Source: Psilocybe cubensis
Taxonomy: Eukaryota
Direction of reading: 5' to 3'
Length of the DNA: 64,000 nt
Assembly: GCA_017499595.2 (NCBI GenBank)
Contig: CM039002.1
Span: 930,001-994,000, forward strand
Shown: piece by piece, positions 1-13,230 of the stretch
How the letters are laid out: every line of letters starts with the position of its first letter
How positions within the stretch are numbered: the stretch's first letter is position 1
The notes under the pieces: generated by a model
The model's database searches: none
What the model was told of the DNA's origin: nothing
The model's input: the letters and a program-made list of their open reading frames with translations, nothing else
Made by a program: the position numbers and the translations under genes

Positions 1-356
1 CCAAACCGAAGGTTAAAATGGCGCCTGCTATGGGTAAGAAGGAATTCTTTACAAACTCTTGCGATGCGACTCACTTCCGAGGATGAAAAGCCATGAATCA
101 AGATACATCAGCACCACCGCCATTCTCGGCCAAGGCATCGACCGTATGCCCTGTATCGACAAGTTCTCATGTTGAAGTCGTCTTGAAATGCAGTGGGTGA
201 TGGTGGTTAACCCTGAAAGATCAAGTATAAGGTAAAATGAGCCATGCTAAAGCAGTAGGTAGTAAAATCGATGAACTCACCCAGAAAGTAAATGAGGGCG
301 GTCATGACCTGTAAACCCGGGGACGGGAAGAACACAGGGCGCGGGGCAACCGCCAT
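1..356 (-). CDS. 5' part of a multi-exon hypothetical membrane protein; continues off the left edge
   Basis: ATG at 356 gives MAVAPRPVFFPSPGLQVMTALIYFL. After a GTGAGT...TTTCAG intron it continues in frame as GLTTITHCISRR...WPRMAVVLMYLDSWLFILG, followed by another GTGAGT donor. Hydrophobic segments. Confidence 0.65.
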
Positions 357-2208
357 GACTGGAGCCTGGAAGACGGGAACAAGGCTGGCAGTGAGGCGGA
401 GGGAGAGTTAAGCCAGCGGTGAGTAAATGGCGACGGGAACTTTTATTGCACCCTTATATCCAGGATCTTTGGCCCGCTACGGCGATCTACCAGGAGCTCA
501 TCTCCCCTGTTTAGAGATGAACAGGTGGCGCATATCCAGGAGTAGCAGACCGATATCGACACACGGACCACGGCCATCCGGCCAGTACTGTTTTTTCAAG
601 ATCAGGGCAGTGATGTTTGAATTTGAATACCAGAACATGTGGACGAGCCAGAGCCTGCCAGAGCGCTCAAACGCACAACACAGTGCGATAATTTGTCTTG
701 ATCCTCCTTTTCAGATTCTAAAGATTAAGTCCCTGAGTACATTCTTTACAATCCTATTGAGAAAACTCTACCAATTGGCAGAGATAAAGATAAATTTTAC
801 CCAAGTCAACCTGGTAAATATCGTCGGCAGACGACCAAATGCGACCCCGATGATCACGAGTTGGTCCCATCATGTGTAACTTCAAATTGCCCCATTATGA
901 TCATGGTGGAGTATGGTACCAATAAACTTGGCCCTGGAGACCTGGAGAAATCGGGCGAAATAGTACAGCGTCAATTTTCAAAAATGAACATCAGTATCTT
1001 GATTCGTAGACTCTATATTCGGAACCGATGTTCAGGAGGATTGGTGGCTTTAATGGACTTAGACGGCTTGAGTACTGGAATCGATTAAATTCTACAGTCA
1101 ATAGGAGAGAACAACTACTCACTTTCTTCTCGCACCGGAGAGGTGAGAACCCAATGTTGCCTTGCCATGTGAAATGTGTCAAAACCGGATGTCATAAGAG
1201 TTATCATGCTTTTCAGAGTCCGGTTTGGACTCTTTTGGACGATAGTCGAACTGGGGACCACCCGAAGATGACCAAGATTTAAAAGGGGCCACCACTCTAG
1301 ATTCCAGCTCATAATTGACCAAACAACTTGCCCTCAATAGGCATCCAGGACAGAAAATGATTTCGAAATTGCCGCTAATTCAGAGACGGACCTAAACCGA
1401 TAGCCAAGCTGCAGCCAGTCGGTAGAAGTCGTTAAAGACCGGCAAGAGGTATAACGCTAAGATCAAGTCGATTTATTCTTCACGCAAAAGGAGGCAGCTC
1501 CAGGCTTAGTCATCGAACAAACGTAAGCATTGCACTGCATCGCAATCGTCTCAGGGGTCAGTTCCGTTGGACGTCGAGGAGCGTTAAACGCCAGTTGCGA
1601 TCATGTTTTCTCAACAGGGAAAATTAAACACGGTCAGGTGGACAGATAGCTAGATTAGACTTTAATTTTTAAGGTACTTTCATTCGTGGTTATTCAAATA
1701 TAACCTCCTGTCTCATTCACCAACAACTGGGATTAGCGCCTAGGATGCCAGCAAGTATGTACCAACATATCTTCAAGCCCGTTATTTTCCGATAAATGTT
1801 GCAAGCCTATAATCTGATTTTGTCGACGTGGTTAAACAGTACTTGCGGGGGGTACTCAGCCCCACGCCCATCATCGTTGATTGTACCCCAGCTGGGCGTC
1901 TGGGGAATTTCCAATCCAAGGTCGCTCGACAGTATCATTCCCCCGAGTATCGTGTACATAGGGGAAATGCAGAAACAACGGGCATGAAATGCTTCTAACA
2001 CTTGTTGTTTACGATTGATCGAGTGAGAGCAAGCATTGAACATGATTATTCACGAAGGAAAAAGGGGTCGTTCGAGAGGTGTCCAGGGTATTCTTAAAGA
2101 AGGCGAGATAAAATATCGACATCATATATAACACGACATGACTGTAATTATCTGATAAGATGCTACATACAATCTTTACCGTCGCAACAAATGGATCAAA
2201 GGTACGGC

Positions 2209-3609
2209 CTACTCATCGTCATCATCATCATCATCATCAGCTTCTTGGAGCCACTAAACAGAATGAAACGTCAACCAATGTTTCAAACCATGGACACGGA
2301 GACGGAATTGTACCTTCAAGAACGGCTCACTAGCCTTCCTAACCTTCTTGCTAGTATCTTTATCAACATATTTCTTGCTGACATGAGTGCCCCACTGCGT
2401 GACTACATCTTCATCAATGAGATCAATCTGATAGAAAGCCATGAGGATCTTGGGCACAGCAGCAATGAGGTCTGGATGAGAAAAGCCGACGAAACGTTCT
2501 ACTCCTCCGAGGAGGGCCTTCTGGTGCTTCTCTGAAGTGACCATCTATTGGGATTAAAGAATTAATTAACATCACACGAAACGAACCATAACCAATTACC
2601 TTCGTCAACAAAGCTCCGTATTTCTCGATCTCAGACACGATGTTGGCAGTGAAGAGGGTCTGTACGACAACTGTCACAGCCTTGTGCTTCTTTTCAATAC
2701 CAAGCTCTTCTGCCTTTTTGTAAATGGCGAGAGAGCGAGCTTTGGCATCGTCGTCCTTGTTTTCTTCAATCCAGTGACCAAGAATAGCATACGGGCTATT
2801 AGCGTCGTCGTCGCTGCCATCTTCATCACCCCCACCGAGGGTAGCATTTGCCATGGCACCCTCAAGAGCTTTCACGCGCTGTTTAACAGCTTCGGGTGAC
2901 GTATCGGCAGACCATTCGTCATTGGCCAAAGTGGATTCGGTGTTCAGGTCAGCCGCTTCTGCCTTGATCTTCTTGGTGAGATAGTCATCGCTCTCGTTGC
3001 CGTCATTCGTGGTCTCGGCTTCCCCAGTCGGATCAGGAGTGCCTTGTCCACCGACGCCTCCGGCAGCATCACCACCGGTGTTCTTGCCCTTGCCCTTCTT
3101 GATCTTGACGGGAGGATTCTTTACGATGAACGTCGTCAGTTTGTGACGCATATCAACCCCCGTTCTCTCTCCGCAGGCCTTGCAATCACGGATGATGTCT
3201 TCCGTGCGACCAACCTTGAGGATGACAAGCTCGGTCTCTGGGTTCTTACAAGACTTGCACAGCACGAATTTGTCAATGAAAACGTCAAGGAGCTCTCGGA
3301 GGCGATTAGCGTCGTGAGCACCGTTGACGATGTAGCGATCATTCTTCTCGTCGAAGGTGGTCTGTGCACCAAGCTCGCAGCCGAAGAATTTGGTGGTATA
3401 AGTAGGCGGACGACTGAGGGCGCGGGCTACGTCCGACATATTGGGGATGACAGTTTTGATTCCATTCCCTTTGCCTTCAATTTTGGTAGTAAGGACGGGC
3501 ATGCTGTTTATTTTCACATGAGTATTGTAAAAGTGAAAAAATATCAAAAAATGTACCGATAGCGATAGAACTTGTCATCGACATCGCGGCGAATGTTTAC
3601 AACGGCCAT
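2209..3609 (-). CDS. TIF5: Eukaryotic translation initiation factor 5 (4 coding exons)
   Basis: [45 protein letters not shown], Zn finger CKSC...CKAC, and a C-terminal W2 domain ([15 protein letters not shown]...[19 protein letters not shown]). Confidence 0.97.
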
Positions 3610-3690
3610 GCTGGGCAATAAATTGTATTTTAACGCTATTGCTGAATTGTCAACATTGATTGGAAACACACAAAATTGATCAATACTCAC

Positions 3691-3756
3691 AAGACGACTA
3701 CAGGATTTGGGAAGATATCTTTTATGCTTTGGTTTAGCAATTGGCGGTCGAAGCAT
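3691..3756 (-). promoter_or_regulatory. Upstream AUG/uORF in poor context in the eIF5 leader
   Basis: The only ATG between 3691 and 3840 is at 3756 (ttcATGc: -3 T, +4 C). A 5'UTR intron donor GTGAGT follows at 3690. Confidence 0.55.
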
Positions 3757-4610
3757 GAATCCTCTGCCTTGACAGAAGAGTATGCGAGAGTGGGAGTGGG
3801 GGAAGTGGGAAGACGAAATTGTGAAATCTAAACGATGAACCTTGTAAATAGAAGGTAGACGAGGAGATGGTGGTGGTTCACTGACAAGCCGGGTTGGCAC
3901 ACGTTGGCACGGCTTGCACAAAACTTACCCTCCAGGGTTCGGCATTTTCCGAGATGTATTTGTCAGTTCAGCATGTGACTTGCCCATTACCAGTGCAATC
4001 CATCATGATGTCCGTGTTGTACAAGCCATGCACGCACATGCGATGATTCCATTCGGAATCGCCTCGAACCCTTGAATATGGATGCGGAGTCGCACATTGT
4101 ATTGAGAAAATAGAGGTGAGCAATGCCACTATTTCACATGTGCTCCGTCGGAACCTACTGCCGGACTTGAAGACAAACTTCTACAAGTGTCATCCAAATA
4201 CTATTACTTGTATCACTGCCAGGTGTTCTGTATCAACACCGCGCATGCGTATATGATTATCAAGGAACGTGATATAAAGTACCTCAAAAACATACAGTCT
4301 CTATCATTATCATAGGCTCCATTTCGGCGATGTGCCAAAATACCTGGGAATCACCGAGATTTGGTTCAATGGTTAGAAGTACTATCTTCTGAATGCATTG
4401 TGTATGAAGGTATTGAGATGCATGGTACATTTAAAACTCAGCGGAACAATAATATATCCGAGTTGAAGACTTTTGAAAGTCAACATATGATTATGAACGC
4501 TTAAGCGCGCAAGATGCCGCAGGATTCAGAACCAAGCAGAAAAGATAGACCATGGTATAATATGCAAATATACCCAAAAAATTAGAAACAAGTAAAGAGG
4601 CCAGATGCAG

Positions 4611-6266
4611 TCAATGGTGCTCGAATCGCATATGGCCCCTACCAAAGAAACTTCTCACTGAAGGAATGCTCCTTGCCAGTGCACGCATAGTTCGGGAATC
4701 GACCTCCCTTTCACCATAGCACAAAGAGATATCTGCCAGCTTCCATCCATTATAGCATCTGTCCCCCAGTTTGTTGACAAACAAACGCTATTTAAAAATA
4801 AAGAATGTTAATCGATCGTCGATAGCTGTTGCGCTCACTTACAGGATAACCGTCGACAAAAGAATCAACAGTTGAAAGCCGCAAGCTTTCTAATCGCGGA
4901 AGCTTCATGTATAGCTGATCGAACAGATTGATATCTAGCTCCCAGATATTTAGGTGCAAAGATATCAGATTAGGGCAGTGCGAAGCTGCGTCTATGATTA
5001 GATTGACTTCGTCTGCTTCAAAGTACCGATCGCGAATAACGATCGACCTAAGATGCTTAGATGCCCGTCTAATGTATCCGAGTACTATATCACAATTTCC
5101 TCCTGTCGGGTAGATATCTAATACCTGGATACACGACAATGTTTGGGGCTCTGTCAGACAATCAGATAGCCATGGAATAAGTTGGCCTTCTAGCGCCCAT
5201 GGAAGGGAGAATCCAGCAGGGTTGAGACGGAGACAGACGTTTTCAAGATTATGAGAACTTTTTGAAAGGAGATTTTTTAGGCCAGAAGGATCGAGAAGGT
5301 TCTGGTTAAATGGCATACGGATTTCAAGAGTGCGAAGATAAGGGAAGAAGGGCATCTGAATGAAGAGTTGAGAAAGGTCTGTGGGTATGGAATGGCAAGG
5401 CTGAGATTTGATCCTCAGGGCCTCCAGACGAGAGTTGACTTTACCGAGAAATGGTACAAGGGTATCCATCAATACAGACGCCTTGCTATTTTCGCAATCA
5501 CCGATAAGTTTTGGGTCAACTGTGAGGTCCATGCCTAGCTCTTTCAAGTTCGGGAACGTGGGCCTGCTTGCTAGAACCGTACAATATCCCTGCGCAGTTC
5601 CCTTGAGAAAAAGATGTCGCAATTTCTTGCGAACCAATGGCCACAGTGATCGAATGAATAACCCGAATCCCAGTTGCGGGCTTGACACCGGAGAGATGCT
5701 TGAAAAGTCGAGAGTGAGCTTTCGTAGGCTTGTTAGCCCAGCGCAAGTATTCAGAAGGGAGTTCATGATAGAATTTGAAGCGTCCGAGGAACGAAGACCA
5801 AGTTTCGTAGAGGTGGGATTGTACTTCCTAGTCGTTTCCTAAAAGGGATTGTAGGTACCAATTGTCACTTATAACCACCCGATTTAGAAGGTAGATTAGT
5901 TACGTACACGCCTGGCGTAGTCGATGTTGTGCTGAGTGGAAGGGGCGAGTACCAAACCATTCTGAGAGGGCTCCCAGCTCGCCAAGTGAATGGTAAGCGC
6001 CCTTACTCTTACTGAGATATATGGATCGCTTTATATAATGTATTTAGGCGCAAAATCGGTAAAACAACACAATTTAAGACTCACGAAATTCGATCCAAGA
6101 TTTTCTTGGCTTCGTAGATCTGCTTGGTCGAAATGGTGACCTCTTTCCACCTAATATTGATGGCGAGCTCCAGGAAGACAGAATTGACGCATCGCAGTTG
6201 GTAAATGACCTTGTCTGGGATAAAATCGGCAACGTAGAGCCAAATGTCTGGAGGCATATTAGCCAT
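4611..6266 (-). CDS. F-box-like / LRR (RNI-like) protein, paralogue 1
   Basis: N-terminus MPPDIWLYVADFIP...LRCVNSVF, LxxLxL repeats in ORF 4792-5766, and a last exon ending WKLADIS...ALARSIPSVRSFFGRGHMRFEHH*. Confidence 0.8.
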
Positions 6267-6558
6267 TGCGTGGATTAACGGAGGGATACCGAGGAAAGCG
6301 CCATTTGTGAGAAAGGCCTTTAATATATTGTGGTTCTGTAGAGGTCTGTGCACCGCCTGGGTGTCAGGAAGATGCCACAGTTCGTATCAATTTCATGTAT
6401 CGTATACTGTCGTTTCGGAGAAACCACGAGCTATGATCGTCTATTAATAGAATAGGAAGATAAGAAGTCGAATTGTCATGATGGAATAGGCAAGGTACAG
6501 GTGGCAAGTAGAGTAGTCCGAGGTCTTCCTAAAATAACATCGAACGTGTAGTCCAATC

Positions 6559-8147
6559 CTAGGCCGAAACTGGAACACCGAATAGATACCGTGCAGAAGG
6601 GAGGCTGCGAACGATGATGAGCATAACATCTCGACGTACGTTTTGGTCAGAATTCTTGATCCAGATATCTTTAATATTCCAGTCGGCGTAATATCTATTC
6701 TTCAGATCCTGAAAAAATAGGGTCTTTAATATAACAACAGAGTTAGACTTCAAAACAAAATAGCGAACATCAGAAGTGTGTAACTTACGGTTGATTCACT
6801 GTTATCTGCGAGGTCAAGTCTTTCTTTGACGGAGATACAGAGTCGGTAAAGATACGGGAGTTCACGGGATAGCTGATCGAATACCACTACGCCCAATCGG
6901 TGAATATTGAACGATAGGTCCGTCAAATGGTGGCAATGACCTAGCGCGTGCGCCAAGATGGAGAATTTGTTCGGTTGCAATGGCTGCGAACGAATTGTCA
7001 GCTGCGAGAGATGCGGCGCTGTCCTATGGATGTAAGCCAAAGTAATGTCAATGCTTTCCATTGTTTTGGTGGAATAAATCTCCAGAGACCGCAGCCCAGT
7101 AAACAGGTTTTCATTCGAGATGCACAATAGTAACCAGTCTCTAAGAGTCTCCTGAACGGCAGGCTCTAGGTGTAACTTGAAAGGTATAACAGGGAGTGAC
7201 AGATGTTGTAGATTTTCGGTGAATAGTGTTGTAAGACTTCGGGGATACCGAGACGGTCTGATAAACGCCGAACGAATGTCCAGTCTTATCAGGGAGTTCA
7301 TGGGAGCCATTGCCAGAAAGAAATCTTCGAGTTCTTGATGTTCTCTTTTACAGAAAGACATAATCGACAGTGTCTTTAAATGTGCTCCTAGACTGTGTAT
7401 AAAAGGCGCAATGATGTCAACGAGGATTGATTGATTACCACTATTGGCGTTGCCTGTATGCGACTCCTCCTTGAAAACGAGATTAAGCTCTTCCAAAGAA
7501 TAGAGTATAGGCCTCTGTTCAAGCATAACTTTAAGCTCTTCGAGGCTGGCTTCCAGCGTCAGGCAACAGAGACGGATTCCAGCCGCGGAGGAGAAGGCGG
7601 ATACCAGGGGACGCATCGATCTGTGCGTCAGGGATGGCTCCAAATTCCATGTACATCTAATAGACAATTCTCGAATTTCGACGAACTGAGGTGCAGCTGC
7701 AGCGATAGACTCAAGGACTTCTTCAAAGTCGGCAAATAGCTCGGGTTCAGGATCTCGCTGCCTACGAGCTTGACTATTCGCTCCGCGAAAAAGTCTGAAA
7801 GATGATACTAGACTGGATATACGTCGTTGAATATTTCCGACTTTCTTTCGCGGTGGTCCATGATTTCGGTACAAAATTAGAGTTAAGCTTCGAATCCATT
7901 TCCCTAGAAAAGGGTCACTGCCTTTATGCATTAACGCCAAACATTTGTGAGAAACTGACTGCAACACGACTTACCAAAGCCTTTCCAAAAACCTAAGCTG
8001 TATGGCGCCTGTGGAGAACTTTACACATTTCCAGTTGGCCATGGCCAGCTCGAAAAATGTGCGATTGACGCCAGCTAGTCGACCCAGGTCGTTTCGAGGT
8101 ATAAATGAGGCAATATGGCGCCAAATATCAGGATACAGCTCTGGCAT
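6559..8147 (-). CDS. F-box-like / LRR protein, paralogue 2
   Basis: MPELYPDIWRHIASFIP...LAGVNRTF, an intron before DPF, LRR-like ORF 6750-7967, and a last exon YADWNIKDI...RSLPSARYLFG. Confidence 0.8.
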
Positions 8148-8896
8148 GGTGGGTGCAATGATGAAAAGATGAAAAGCCCTAGTAATGGTGCATGTCGCGT
8201 TATATATGGCGTGTCGGTGCGAAAATATTGAATCAATCACGATCACAGTAATGGCTGTGCTGATCCTTTGGAGCATCACTACGACGCTATTATTCGATGT
8301 CTGCTCGCTCACGAATCTTTTCGATCAAATCCATTGATTCTTGTGACCTTGCATCCAGGTCAACCACAGTGACTATCGCTGATCCACACTTTCAGAAAAC
8401 GGGAACAGGATTTCCCTTTTTATTCCAAACCGGGACACGCACCACGATTGGTCGTGTTTTCAGGAGTAATCAAAAACGGAGACAACCTGAGAACGCTTGC
8501 TTTTCATTTAAGGACGATGTTGCGGAGTGAATTAGGCGGGAAAATGGCAGTAAAGAGGACCCTTGAAGACCATTGACCTTTACGCCCCATCCCGTTTGGG
8601 GCGAGGTCAAGTTGTGAGCACAAAACTGATGCTTTACAGCAAGATTCGCTGACGTGCGTGTCAAAAGATAACATCCCAATTGAACATTAGCATGTATATA
8701 CATGTGATTAGAGTAGGGTGCAGATATTGAGGCACTTAGGTGGACCTTGAAGCATCGCGAGGCGTAATAATTCCAATACAACTTTATGGTGCTAGATGAG
8801 CAAAAGTGTCAAAGAGGACGAGTGATCATGGTCGCTCACAATTAAAAGATATCCAGAAAGCAGATTTGTGTCGTCGTAATCGACCATCAGCAAGGT

Positions 8897-10461
8897 TCAT
8901 AACTTCATATGCCCATTCCCGAAAAAGCTCCGAAGAGATGGAACACTTCTAGCTAGGGCATATAAAGTGTCAACCATCCGTTGATGACCCTCCAGGTGCC
9001 AAATCGAGATATCCTCAACTTTCCAATATTCATAACGTCGACCTCGTAGTTGCTAGTGAACAGAATATCAGAAACCTAACCAAGGATGTCTGATAAACCT
9101 CCTCACTGCTACAACATCTGCCTCCTGCGGATATGGCTCTCCTATGGCAAGATATATCCGTCGCACATCCGGGACTTTATCCGCGAGACATTCAATTAAG
9201 GCAATATCCAACGTCCGAACCGTCAGTCGCAGGTAAGTCAGATTGCTGCAGTGCGCAGCAGCCTTGATTACTGAAACGGCTTCATCGAAGGAAAGATATC
9301 TGTCACGGACGAAGATTTCCGTAAGCCTGTCGCACGCCTTGTATATGAAGTCCAGAAAAGCGCGAATTCTATCGGCCATGTAGAGCGCGTAGACATCGAG
9401 TACCTGTATGCAAGGAAGATTATTCTTGTTCGAAATGAAGTTCAAAAGCCACGGGCTGAATGGAATATCCCAAAGGGTGTCCAATGACTCCATTCCCATC
9501 CCTAATGAGCGTGAAGCACTCCCAATTGCAAGTTTTTTTAATCGAGGAGCTGCATTCGAAATAATGGTTTGTAGACCAGATGGATCACGTAGCGAGCGGG
9601 AAAGGAACATCTTCACTTTAAACCTTTGAAGGGCAGGAAACAGGGCTAGAGAGGCGAAAAAGTGTGATATATCGAGGTCACTTCGTGACCAAACCAAAAG
9701 GTCTTCCAAATGTGCATTCATCTTGTTGATAAAAGGAGCGATGACGTACGTCAACACTGAAGAGTCCCCTTCGCCTTCGTAACTTTGTTCGAACCGCAAC
9801 TGTAGTTGTTTGAGAGACCTAAAGGTACTAGCTCCTGAACCAAGCATAAACCGAAATTCTTCCATAGTTCCGTCCAGAGAAAGAGATATCAAATTGTTGG
9901 AAAAGGGTAACCAAAACAATGGAGATAACGTTGGCAGTGGGATTGGATTCTGCGAGAAAAATAGACATCCATCGACGGAAAGTTCGCGAACGTTTGGAAA
10001 GTTGCCATTAGATGCACTGATCACATCTATGACGTCCTGCAGTTTACATCGGCGAGTTGTTTCCTTTCGTTCAAGCTCCACGGGTTTTAGACGGAAGAAA
10101 TTGGCAAGAGTCTGGTGCGAGCTTCGGAATCGAGAGCGGAGTAGTTTGTATAGCTGAGAGTTATCATTGCCTGTCGATTTGTCGAGGGTCAAATAGATAG
10201 CCAGACTGGTCACTCTTCTGGCAACGAATGGATCTCTGATACTCAAATATCAGAGAAGACTCGAACATAGGGGTTGGAGCCTTACGACAATCGTTCCAAA
10301 GTCTTGTACCATGTAATGTCCGATGAAATCCTTGTCCTCGACCATTGTGCATCCATCGCCAACATGAAGAATATGTGGCTGACTCCCCGGAGATTGTAAA
10401 GATCATTGTCCGGGATGAAGCTGGCTATTCGTAGCCAGATTTCAAGTGGAACATCGACCAT
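8897..10461 (-). CDS. F-box-like / LRR protein, paralogue 3
   Basis: MVDVPLEIWLRIASFIP..., an intron before DPF, ORF 9068-10246, and a last exon YEYWKVEDIS...ALARSVPSLRSFFGNGHMKL*. Confidence 0.8.
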
Positions 10462-11315
10462 TGCGATGAGGGGTCGTGGACGAATGACGGAGGAGAGATC
10501 TCCCAAATAACTTGTGGTGGCTGTGAATGATTAAAAGATACGGGCAATCGTAATCACGAAGCGAAACAGATCTTTTTAATACCATAATGAGGTACTACAA
10601 GTCGTGAACTACAGCCCCGGTGAGAACAGATTGGTATAAATAAGGAGAAAAAGATCCAAAGAATGGAATGAGAACTCACATTTATATCGAAGTATTTCAA
10701 AGCAATTAAATACCTAAGCCCTCCTTACTAGCCCCTAAGCGGCACAGCTCTGACCTGGCATAATGCTCTCTGTCGAATATAAATTTGTCGCATTTTCCTT
10801 CCCAAACACCCAAGCGAGCGTCCGCCCCGCGAAAGAATCGACGCGACGACTGTCAGAATTGAGAAATTACGTGACGGAGCGGTGGCGTAGTTTTGTGTAG
10901 CCGTTGACACGAGGCAGCAATCCCGTACATCGTGTTGTCGGCAGAGCCGCAAGGTTGCCACGATGAACAGCAGAAAAACAGCGATCCACGATGCACAAAA
11001 CACATATACGCTGACTAATCCGGGGATCTGATGCTTCTCGCCGGTTTCTTATCTCTTCTTATTTGAACGCCGTCAACGCAGTGAGTGAATTTAACCCAAC
11101 ACTGAAAAGAAAAGTGCTTTATTGCCTAACGTTCAGAACGAATCTGCAGAGGTCTTACACTTACTTACAGGACGTTATGATTGAATTCAAGATTGATGGG
11201 AATCAGCCACTGTGATACCATCATCGTTATAACAAAAACGCCTGACACATTAAACCTTAACAACCATGTACGACAATGAATTGTCCTGCATTCTTATTTC
11301 TAAGGGCAAACCACC

Positions 11316-12044
11316 ATGTCATTTCCTTCTTTACCACTGAAACTCAACCCGGCGCCTAACTTCTTCTCTGAATACTCCGTTGTCGTGCCAGCCTCCTTAA
11401 AAGACGCATATGCGACCTTGGGAACCTCGGCTGGTCACGAACGCGTCTGTCGCCTTTTCAAAGGTTGCACCTCGGTCGATCTGTTGCATAAAGACGAAAT
11501 CGCGCTCCCAATACCCACGTATCCGGATGGAAAACAGCTTGCTGACGTTGCCGTGCGCACAGCCAAAGCCAGTGACGATGCAGCCAAAGACGAACGTGGC
11601 AATTCCCCTATAATAACGCGTCAACACTTCACAATGGTGGAGACAATCCCTCTTCTATTCGGCCTCTTCAACTCGCAGGTCATGCTCAAAGGAACTATGT
11701 CATGGGACAACGTTGCACTCACTGCGCTGTCGAAATCGTCTGATTCTCCAGAATCAGGCGTTCCGCCAGCCCAGGAAACCCCCACTCTTTATGCTCTGTA
11801 TGAAACCGTTGGAAATATGGGAATCATGGTATGGAAGTTGCGGATATTTACTCGCGATCAGGGTGACCCCTCGAGGACGAAAGTGACGGAAAAAATTGAA
11901 GGATGGGCACCAGGTTGGATTCGGCCTGTCGTGCAAAACGAGACTACGAAAGGACACAGGTGAGCTCGATTGATTGGGTTTAACGCGTACCTAATGAGAT
12001 TTGTTTGTAGAGCGCATATGCATTTGTACCACACCCTTTTCTAA
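11316..12044 (+). CDS. Hypothetical protein (2 exons), possibly START/helix-grip-like
   Basis: 215-aa ORF with an ACCATG start, intron 11960-12010, and an in-frame last exon RAHMHLYHTLF*. The fold is a guess from the strand/C-terminal helix pattern. Confidence 0.7.
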
Positions 12045-12482
12045 GATACCCATCACAATAGAATCTCTTTTAACATATCTGGTTTCGGATAACGCGCAGA
12101 TTTAATCATCTCAATTATATTGGTGACGTCTTCCTGCCTCGCGTGAATGGTTATACTACTCACCCTTTAATATCATCTGGCTGGTCTTTGCTTGGACGGT
12201 TGTCTAACCTAATCATACCATCAAGGTTGCTGATTTCTCTGATCGCAAGGAGTAATTTGATTTGCAGATGTTGGCTTCAGGCGCACCATTGTTCAAAAAT
12301 GAGTGGCAAGATTTGTTCAAGTTTGGAAGAGTGCCATCCATCACGAGGTGTTTAACTCGAATCGGTGGCCCGTTGTTTACATTTTATTCCGGGAGGCACC
12401 GATTTTTTGTATATATAATCATCATCCTCCAGGCCACCAGTCACAACTACCTTTTTCCCCAGTACATTTTCTGTGGTTCATC

Positions 12483-13230
12483 ATGTCCGAAGAACCGTGA
12501 GCACCCTCTTTTGCCTTATTTTCTTTAGTTTTTCCAATAACGATTTCCTTGTAGAATCCCCAAACTCGACGCTCAGTTGTTCGATTCTAAAAGCCCTCAC
12601 CTTACCTCTGGGGTCAAGATTGGTATTGGTTTGTTTAACAGGGACACTGGGGTCGTTGGCAACAACAACAAGCCAATCAAAGTCATCGAGTGGACTTTGA
12701 TCTTGCACCATAAAAACTATCGATCTTCTTCCCGTACAATCCACGGCATCTACAAATCTCAGCCGGACCCGACCTCCAAATCTGACGCAGAACGCGCGCA
12801 GGACCGCGACGAATGGGTGTGGAAGTTGCGAGACCCTCAGAATGCACAGTCCCACACCGATTTATCCGAGCCTATCGGTATCATTCACGTCGCCAATTTT
12901 CCATGGTCGCATGAACTTCTACAATCTGCAATCGAGACCAAATTCAAAGCTGAAAAGGGTAGCGATAACCCTGGCATGGTCTCCATGTGGTCCTCCAGCG
13001 GTTGGACGATCCGTGTGTTGCATTACCTGCAAGAGTGGTACGGGACGGACACTGGGTTTCGGCTTCCGTGCAGCACTCGCAGGCTGCACGACCTGATCAA
13101 GGAGAAAGCGACCGCGTTGAAGGCGATGAATCATCGAAACGGGAAAGTGCCCATTGTCAATCTTGATGACTCTGAACCGTATAATACTAAACGCAAAGAT
13201 AAAACCAAGAATCGCGGAAATCGATCGTGA
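12483..13230 (+). CDS. Small permuted-papain-like family protein, copy 1 (His and Cys absent)
   Basis: Exon 1 MSEEP (12483-12496) splices in frame at 12555. Motifs KIGIGLF, EWTLILH, IGIIHV, WSSSGWTIRVL. Confidence 0.75.

Noticed and set aside
427-2050. Short ORFs between the first gene and eIF5
   Set aside because: No motifs, no consistent splice structure and no TIR or LTR pair found; treated as intergenic.
3544-3921. 125-aa ORF as an N-terminally extended eIF5 starting at a non-ATG codon
   Set aside because: The conserved start is MAVVNIRRD at 3609; the upstream part looks like a pyrimidine-rich leader with an intron.
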